A program made the position numbers and the translations under genes. A stretch of DNA of 64,000 nt from a virus (Duplodnaviria > Caudoviricetes): the IMG/VR virus record IMGVR_UViG_3300012979_000002, positions 56,527 to 120,526 of that record. One strand, 5' to 3'. The notes under the pieces are model-generated. The model saw nothing but the letters and a program-made list of their open reading frames with translations. It was not told the DNA's origin and made no database searches. Each line of letters opens with the position of its first letter. Position 1 is the first letter of the stretch. Of this stretch, positions 58,484 through 64,000 are shown piece by piece.

Positions 58484-58881
58484 TGGTGGAGATGACGAGA
58501 GTCGAACTCGTGTCCAAAAACTTCTCCATATTATTACTTTCTTACAAGTTTAGTCTAGGTCGTTCTATCTTAATCCCCTACTACCTATACAATCTTGGGG
58601 TTAAGCTTTGCTTGAAGTAGTTCAATAGATACATCAGCAAAGAAATGTATTCTATTGTCTGTCCTTGAAGAGTAGAACCTTCTATGTTTTTGCTGACAGC
58701 TTACTGCTACTCGCATAGAAGTGTTGCTTAGGCGTATACTACGCTATTAAAAGAGAATAAAGATTTAACTTTATTAGCAACTCTTGAAAAAATGTTTCCA
58801 TTTATTTGTTTGTTTGGATAAGGCTCCCGCCACTTGTTTCATAATACTTTGATGCTCCTGTCGAAACCAGAATACATCCCC
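58484..58881 (-). ncRNA. ssrA: tmRNA
   Basis: 5' GGGGATGTATTCTGGTTTCGAC; 3' GAGTTCGACTCTCGTCATCTCCACCA; tag ORF at 58799-58728. Confidence 0.92.
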
Positions 58882-58888
58882 ATAAAAT

Positions 58889-58965
58889 TGGTAGCAGCAG
58901 TTGGAATCGAACCAACAACCTTCGGGGTATGAATCCGATGCTCTAGCCAATTGAGCTATGCTGCC
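58889..58965 (-). tRNA. tRNA-Met(CAT), elongator-like
   Basis: Cloverleaf, loop TTCATAC, encoded CCA. Confidence 0.9.
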
Positions 58966-59022
58966 ATAATAATAAAAGGGAGAAGGAGAGTGACCTCCCT
59001 CTCCCAAGAAGAGTGAAGGCAT

Positions 59023-59082
59023 TCAAAGTGGGAGGGACTTGAACCCCCATCTTAATGTTTTTCCTTATTAAACTACCACTCG
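59023..59082 (-). other. tRNA-like element lacking the anticodon arm
   Basis: GAGTGG/CCACTT acceptor, GTTT..AAAC D-arm and GGGGG-TTCAAGT-CCCTC T-arm, with only ~8 nt between the arms. Confidence 0.55.
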
Positions 59083-59089
59083 ATTAAAG

Positions 59090-59565
59090 TTTGCCGGCAA
59101 GTTCGTTGAACCTACTGTTATCTCCCACAACTCGGAGCGACACCCTCGTAACCGATAATTAACCACTAGATACCGTCAGGCCGATACTTAGGAATTAACT
59201 CTTTGAACACTTGAATATTTCTTATACAGAGTTTCTTTCTCTGGTTTAGCCATTCTTAATTCTATAAACTTATATTTTATCAGAGGTGTGCCCTACTAAC
59301 TTCGCAGGGTTCATACAATGATTGTTTGGAATAAATTCCGTGTAATACATTATACTCGCTTCGTTAATATTATATAATTAATGGTCGGCTGACTTGAATA
59401 CACAAGGGTGATTAGTCCTCATTCATTCGTATCTCTCTACCAAACTACGATGTTTTGTTGTCGCCTATCCATCCTAAGACGCTTTACTTTCTTTAATGGA
59501 CTCGGGTATCTTTGTCATCTGTATAACGGTCTCAAAGCATTTCCTCAATGAAATCGTCTTAATTT
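59090..59565 (-). ncRNA. Putative ~470-nt structured RNA at the head of the tRNA/tmRNA transcript
   Basis: No credible ORF; promoter at 59580-59609 directly upstream; several hairpins. Confidence 0.45.
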
Positions 59566-59624
59566 TTTTTACTGAAATAATTATATCATTTTTTAAAACC
59601 TTTTTTCAAGTCTTTTGTGAAAAA

Positions 59625-59939
59625 TTATTTTAAAAAATATTTGCGTAGGTATCTTCTTTCACCATCTACTTTCATAGAAACCGGTTCAGTTTTACCTATT
59701 AAGTCTTTACGACACATTGAAGCCACTAAAGTGTTAATACTTTTAATGTTCATATCCATTATTATTTCAACAAATTCAGCTTCTCCGATGTCTTTAAGCA
59801 ATTCACTTTCTTGTAAGTCTTCGTTTTCTTCTATATAATCTAAAATTGTATAAGAAGTAATGGCATTCTTTTCGCCTTCAGCGTCTAGTGCCTTAAATAC
59901 GGCGTATACAATTTTTGCTTTGTCGCTCAATGTATCCAT
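59625..59939 (-). CDS. Winged-HTH-like protein
   Basis: LSDKAK.V...SINTL..SMCRKDLI.KT; resembles 62347-62571. Confidence 0.65.
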   Translation of the reverse strand: MDTLSDKAKIVYAVFKALDAEGEKNAITSYTILDYIEENEDLQESELLKDIGEAEFVEIIMDMNIKSINTLVASMCRKDLIGKTEPVSMKVDGERRYLRKYFLK

Positions 59940-59948
59940 ATTTACCTC

Positions 59949-60161
59949 CTATATAATTTTGGCATCTATAATGAAACTTCCTACTTCAGTGCCTTCCTTA
60001 AATAATTTCTTTTCTTTACAATTACATTCCATTTTTCTAGCCTTAGCAAAATCCTTTACTAATTCTAGAACTTCTTGTTTCTTAGTTCCAACTTCTCCTG
60101 TAATGGAATATTTCATTTCATCAAAGTATAAATCTATGTTGGCATAATACTTTTTATTCAT
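59949..60161 (-). CDS. Hypothetical protein
   Basis: Promoter and RBS upstream. Confidence 0.65.
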   Translation of the reverse strand: MNKKYYANIDLYFDEMKYSITGEVGTKKQEVLELVKDFAKARKMECNCKEKKLFKEGTEVGSFIIDAKII

Positions 60162-60263
60162 AAAAACACGCCCTTTCCTTTTTAATTTTTTTTATTTTTT
60201 GTGTTTTTCTAAAATAATTATATTATAAAATGCTACGATAAATCAAGTCTTTTTTTAATTTTT

Positions 60264-60473
60264 TTATTTTAAATTACTTTCAACGATGTCGTTGTAGAAT
60301 TTACAAGTTTGTTTATACATTGCATCTGCTTGTACCTTCGCAGCTTTGTGTATCATTTTGTTGATAGCACGCATTCCGAAGAATACAATTAGTTTTGCTT
60401 TCAAACTTTTATTATGTCTGTAGTCACTGACTTCGTTAATTTTGCGTAAGAAAGTTTTATTATCCATGAGCAT
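60264..60473 (-). CDS. Hypothetical protein
   Basis: AAGGAGG RBS. Confidence 0.65.
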   Translation of the reverse strand: MLMDNKTFLRKINEVSDYRHNKSLKAKLIVFFGMRAINKMIHKAAKVQADAMYKQTCKFYNDIVESNLK

Positions 60474-60484
60474 CCTCCTTATTC

Positions 60485-60860
60485 ATTGAATTGACAGGGT
60501 AATGGATTTAAACCATAACAGGTCCATTACCCTACACCTCCGTCGGTCATGATTCCAACCGCAGTGCTTCGAGTCTCCCACCTACTAACCCAACCCATCC
60601 CGGGTTTCTGGAAGTGTCTTAATTTAGGGGCGTCAAAGATTTTATTAACACATCTTATAAGTCTGCATTAACTACCCATCACTTACATTTTAGCCATCTA
60701 GTAGTATTTCGTCTCCCGGCGGTATTCCATTCAACTAATAAAATATCAGCACTAAAACTTCATATAGTAGGGTATGGTCTCCAACTCCTAAGCGCCAGCA
60801 CATTCCCCAACTTGGTCACTTGCCAAGTTTCTCATTTGAAAATTTCTTTTCAAATTTGAT
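60485..60860 (-). ncRNA. Putative structured RNA or leader with a 3' T-loop mimic
   Basis: Promoter at 60867-60895 (TTGAAA-17-TATAAT); AGGGTAATGG/CCATTACCCT stem; ATGG-TTTAAAT-CCAT. Confidence 0.45.
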
Positions 60861-60925
60861 AAATCAATTATACTATAAATTTTTCCAAATTTCAAGTTAT
60901 TTTAGAAAATTAATACTTAAAATTT

Positions 60926-61045
60926 TTATCTATTCTTATAATGACACTTGTCTAAGGTACATTTTCCTTTACCTGTATTGTAATTACATCTTTTATTAGG
61001 ACAAGTTCTTTTGATGCCAAGTATCTTCTTTATTTTCTCTATCAT
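60926..61045 (-). CDS. 39-aa Cys-rich protein (not in the ORF track)
   Basis: MIEKIKKILGIKRTCPNKRCNYNTGKGKCTLDKCHYKNR; AAGGAG RBS. Confidence 0.6.
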   Translation of the reverse strand: MIEKIKKILGIKRTCPNKRCNYNTGKGKCTLDKCHYKNR

Positions 61046-61059
61046 TATAATCTCTCCTT

Positions 61060-61400
61060 TTTTAATTACAAATTAAATGTATCATAATCTACTTCCATTT
61101 GTAAAGTATAATTTTTATTTTTTGGTCTAAAAATAATTTACATACTAATTATATAATTATATAGCTCCTTCTGTAAAGTATAAAAAATTATAATTTGGGA
61201 CTTGACAAAATACTATAGTAGTATATAAAATATAATTAAGTAAAAATAAAGTAAATTAATACTTGACAATTACTTCCACTTTATATTATTTATTTTTAAT
61301 CTTTATATATATAATAAAAAATAAAGAAAAAATATTTTTTACCATTTCTTTAGTATTTAGACTTGTAATCAGGTATATGATATGATATAATTGATTTACA
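61060..61400. promoter_or_regulatory. AT-rich divergent promoter region
   Basis: Leftward CARAWGG promoters; rightward TTGTAA-17-TATAAT (61363-61391) and TTGACA boxes; strand switch. Confidence 0.65.
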
Positions 61401-61442
61401 AAAGAAAAAAGAACAGACTATAAAAGAAAGGAGATAGTAAGT

Positions 61443-61748
61443 ATGTGGGATTTTATTACAGGATATATATTTGGAAGAAACCTTAATAGAGTAAGAAAGG
61501 AGATAGAGTATGAACCTCCTGTTATTACTCCTATTGAAGAAATAGTAGAATTACCAAAAATGACTAAGTATGTTGCTATACCAGAAATTACAGACTTTGA
61601 AGCAACACTAGAAAAATCTTTTTTAGACTACGAAGAAAATAAATTATGTTTAATTTGCAAACACGGACATAAATTTTACTATACTGAAGTAGAAGCATAT
61701 GAAGCACAAACTACTTGGGGTGAGTCAAAATTACAAAATCGCATTTAA
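61443..61748 (+). CDS. Hypothetical protein
   Basis: AGGGAG RBS. Confidence 0.7.
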   Translation: MWDFITGYIFGRNLNRVRKEIEYEPPVITPIEEIVELPKMTKYVAIPEITDFEATLEKSFLDYEENKLCLICKHGHKFYYTEVEAYEAQTTWGESKLQNRI

Positions 61749-61808
61749 AAGACTTGAAATGTGGAAGTAAAATAATATATAATTTATTTGTAATTCAAAA
61801 AGAAAGAG

Positions 61809-62135
61809 ATGATGGAAATGGACAAAGACTTATTTATTAAGACTATAAACTTTATGAAGCATCTAAACGAAGAAAGTGAAGAGTTTAATAATCTACTACA
61901 TAAGATAGACCCTGAATTTGGAGGGGGATATATTCATAGTGATACATTAAACTTCTTAACTGATTTGTTAAAAGAGTTGGTGGGCGATACATATGACCAA
62001 ATATCTTATTTTCTTTGGGAATTAGATTTTGGAGAAAAGTATTATGATGGTTGTGTTGTTGACACAGTGAATAATACGAATATACCTCTTGCTACAGCAG
62101 AGGACTTATATAACCTTATCCAAAGTGAAAAGTAA
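61809..62135 (+). CDS. Hypothetical phage protein
   Basis: YF.WELDFG...L.TAEDLY motif. Confidence 0.75.
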   Translation: MMEMDKDLFIKTINFMKHLNEESEEFNNLLHKIDPEFGGGYIHSDTLNFLTDLLKELVGDTYDQISYFLWELDFGEKYYDGCVVDTVNNTNIPLATAEDLYNLIQSEK

Positions 62136-62144
62136 TTTTTACTT

Positions 62145-62227
62145 TTCTATAAGACAATGGGGATGCAGTAAGCCGGAAGCAAGTGCGCAAACCGTAATTC
62201 TGTTCAGGCGTCCATTGTTTTATAGAA
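62145..62227 (+). ncRNA. Small structured element with a 16-bp closing stem
   Basis: TTCTATAAGACAATGG/CCATTGTTTTATAGAA with a G-U pair on the + strand. Confidence 0.4.
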
Positions 62228-62346
62228 GGGTAAAAATTTAGTAAAAAAATTAAAATTTGACTTGATTTTTACTCCAAGAAATGATATAATTGATTTGTAA
62301 ATAAAAAAAGAAAGGAAAGACTTTAAAAGTCTTAGGGTGAAACCAA

Positions 62347-62571
62347 ATGAAATTAACAGAAAAGCAAGAAAGTATTTTAGAAATCTTAAAAGAAAACTTT
62401 GCAGAAGGAGCATTCGCAGAAGAAGTCGTTACTAAAACAGACGGATTGTCAGTAGCATCAGTAAGAGCAACTTTAAGTTCATTAGCAACTAAAGGTTTAC
62501 TTACTAAAACAAAAGACATCTACGAAGGCAAAGAAAAAACTAAGTTCACTGTAAAAGAAACAGCAGAATAG
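62347..62571 (+). CDS. Winged-HTH-like protein
   Basis: LTEKQ..IL..LK...SV..TL.SL..KGLL; promoter TTGATT-17-TATAAT at 62262-62290. Confidence 0.75.
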   Translation: MKLTEKQESILEILKENFAEGAFAEEVVTKTDGLSVASVRATLSSLATKGLLTKTKDIYEGKEKTKFTVKETAE

Positions 62572-62819
62572 TATCGTGGCATCAGCATAACTAGGGCTGT
62601 ATAAGTCCCAACCCGAGTTTAAATTAAGTTCTCGTATATAAAACAGTTAATCGTTAGCACGCAGGGCAATCGTAATTCCCTCCCATTTTACACAAATTTG
62701 TTGGGTGAGGACAAATTGTATCCACGACGGATATAGTCGAGGTTGTGGGTTAACCAGATACCCGCTGTTAGTATCACAAAAGAATACAGACTGCTCGTCC
62801 GTATCGGGCAGTCTTTCAT

Positions 62820-62910
62820 GACCACATACTCAAGAGGCCGAAGAGGAGAGTTTGCTAAACTTTTAGGTCGGGTTTCCGGCGCGTAGGTTCGAATCCTACT
62901 GTGGTCGCCA
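62820..62910 (+). tRNA. tRNA-Ser(GCT)
   Basis: Long variable arm, loop TTGCTAA, G73-CCA. Confidence 0.92.
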
Positions 62911-62952
62911 TTTTATATTTTGTGAATTAACCAAATACTATATAAATAACCT

Positions 62953-63029
62953 GTCCTCTTAGCTCATCTGGATAGAGCATGGCCCTTCTAAGGCCAGTGT
63001 GCTAGGTTCGAGTCCTAGAGGGGACGCCA
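62953..63029 (+). tRNA. tRNA-Arg(TCT)
   Basis: Cloverleaf, loop CTTCTAA, encoded CCA. Confidence 0.93.
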
Positions 63030-63035
63030 GTTGAA

Positions 63036-63191
63036 CGGGAAGTATGTCGTAATATCAGCGGCACCTGCGAGGGAGCAGGAGTGGGTAATAATGCTACTTG
63101 TTGTAAGACCAGGCCGACGAATGTCGCAACCCCTTATGAGAGGATAGATGAATAACCATACATCTTGGTGTAAGTCCAAGTTTCCCGACCA
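63036..63191 (+). ncRNA. 156-nt RNA with a tRNA-like acceptor stem, T-arm and CCA, but a novel body
   Basis: CGGGAAG/TTTCCCG-A-CCA; CTTGG-TGTAAGT-CCAAG. Confidence 0.65.
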
Positions 63192-63199
63192 TTTATTAT

Positions 63200-63290
63200 G
63201 CAGAGTTGGTCGAGTTGGTTTAAGGCACCGGTCTTGAAAACCGGCGTACGGGAGACTGTACCCTGGGTTCGAATCCCAGACTCTGCGCCA
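63200..63290 (+). tRNA. tRNA-Ser(TGA)
   Basis: Long variable arm, loop CTTGAAA, G73-CCA. Confidence 0.93.
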
Positions 63291-63295
63291 GTTAT

Positions 63296-63373
63296 ATGGA
63301 GTATGGTGGAAATGGTAGACACGCAGGATTGTGGCTCCTGTCATTGTGGGTTCAAGTCCCATTACTCCATCCA
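63296..63373 (+). tRNA. tRNA-His(GTG) with atypical A-1/U73
   Basis: Cloverleaf, loop TTGTGGC, encoded CCA. Confidence 0.85.
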
Positions 63374-63384
63374 TTGAGTTTATT

Positions 63385-63505
63385 AAGCGAGGAGAAACCT
63401 CACCTTATGATTTATGTTAGTGAGGTAGAAAGTTAAATAATCGTCGGTTCAACTCCGGCTCGCCGGTTTACGGCGATGGTGAAGAGGCAAAACACGCTCC
63501 AGCTT
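63385..63505 (+). ncRNA. Circularly permuted tRNA mimic (YrlA/Y-RNA-like architecture)
   Basis: Closing stem, then T-arm, looped acceptor hairpin and D-arm in that order. Confidence 0.55.
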
Positions 63506-63531
63506 TATATATAATGTTAAGAGGTGTAACT

Positions 63532-63912
63532 ATGATTAAAACTTGTATACTTTGTAAACAAGAATTTGAAACTATACCAAAAGGTCATACTCGCAAATAT
63601 TGTTTTGATTGTGTACCACAATATGAATTAGGTAATCGTGAACAACAACAATATGCGATGAATGTTAAACATAGAAGAATAAAAGAGCATCTCGTAAATT
63701 ATAAAGGTGGTAAATGTCAAAGGTGTGGTTATTCAAAAAGTTTAGATGCTTTACATTTCCACCATCCAGACGATAACAAAGAGTTTGGAATAGCTGCTAC
63801 CTTCCACAGTCTTGAAGACTATGAGAAAGAGGTAGATAAGTGTGAATTATTGTGTAGTAATTGTCATGCCGAAGAACATGAAAAACTACGAAATGGGTTG
63901 TTAGCTCAGTAG
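63532..63912 (+). CDS. HNH endonuclease
   Basis: C..C, GGKCQRCGY, LHFHH, LLCSNCHAEEH; stop lies inside tRNA-Lys. Confidence 0.9.
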   Translation: MIKTCILCKQEFETIPKGHTRKYCFDCVPQYELGNREQQQYAMNVKHRRIKEHLVNYKGGKCQRCGYSKSLDALHFHHPDDNKEFGIAATFHSLEDYEKEVDKCELLCSNCHAEEHEKLRNGLLAQ

Positions 63913-63970
63913 GTAGAGCACAGCACTTTTAATGCTGGGGTCCAGGGTTCAAGCCCCTGACAACCCACCA
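63895..63970 (+). tRNA. tRNA-Lys(TTT)
   Basis: Cloverleaf, loop CTTTTAA, encoded CCA. Confidence 0.93.
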
Positions 63971-64000
63971 GATTAGACAAATAATGATTAACATATATAG

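Noticed and set aside
63015-63374. Minus-strand ORFs over the tRNA cluster, the ORF at 58774-59022 and the 5' extension of 55405-56379
   Set aside because: Shadows of tRNA and tmRNA genes.
1-64000. Stop-codon or AGG reassignment
   Set aside because: Conserved genes are full length under code 11, TAG ends genes at natural boundaries, and AGG encodes the conserved Arg of the DRFLVG motif.

Overview
64 kb from the interior of a large, AT-rich tailed phage genome (Caudoviricetes) that probably infects a low-GC Bacillota host, judging by sigma-A-type promoters, AGGAGG RBSs and a CHAP endolysin. 1-22.2 kb (+) is a late region: glycosyltransferase, an HTH plus small-protein cassette, endolysin, holin, an LRR protein, a modular tail-fibre array and a large tail protein. 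22.3-42.3 kb (-) covers nucleotide metabolism and replication (thyX, dut, nrdDG, RuvC-like, dnaE, RecJ/DHH, primase, DnaB, Sak4-like ATPase, SSB). 42.8-48 kb (-) holds an apparently complete ubiquitin-like conjugation module: a Ubl ending in -KGN, a ThiF/E1, a JAB peptidase and an E2-like protein, with a large unknown protein and a PemK-like gene upstream. 51.8-64 kb is an RNA-rich region with 9 canonical-looking tRNAs, a tmRNA and RNA repair/modification enzymes. It also carries many unexplained structured RNAs: an ~790-nt RNA inside an rRNA-like boxA/processing stem, a circularly permuted tRNA mimic (YrlA-like), two CCA-terminated non-tRNAs and aberrant tRNA-like elements. Other signals are a -1 slippery site fusing a membrane anchor to a 3D domain, a symmetric palindromic element recurring every ~9-11 kb, an 11-bp-phased TATCA array, and no TGA stop codons. 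All calls come from manual reading and motif recognition; no searches were run.
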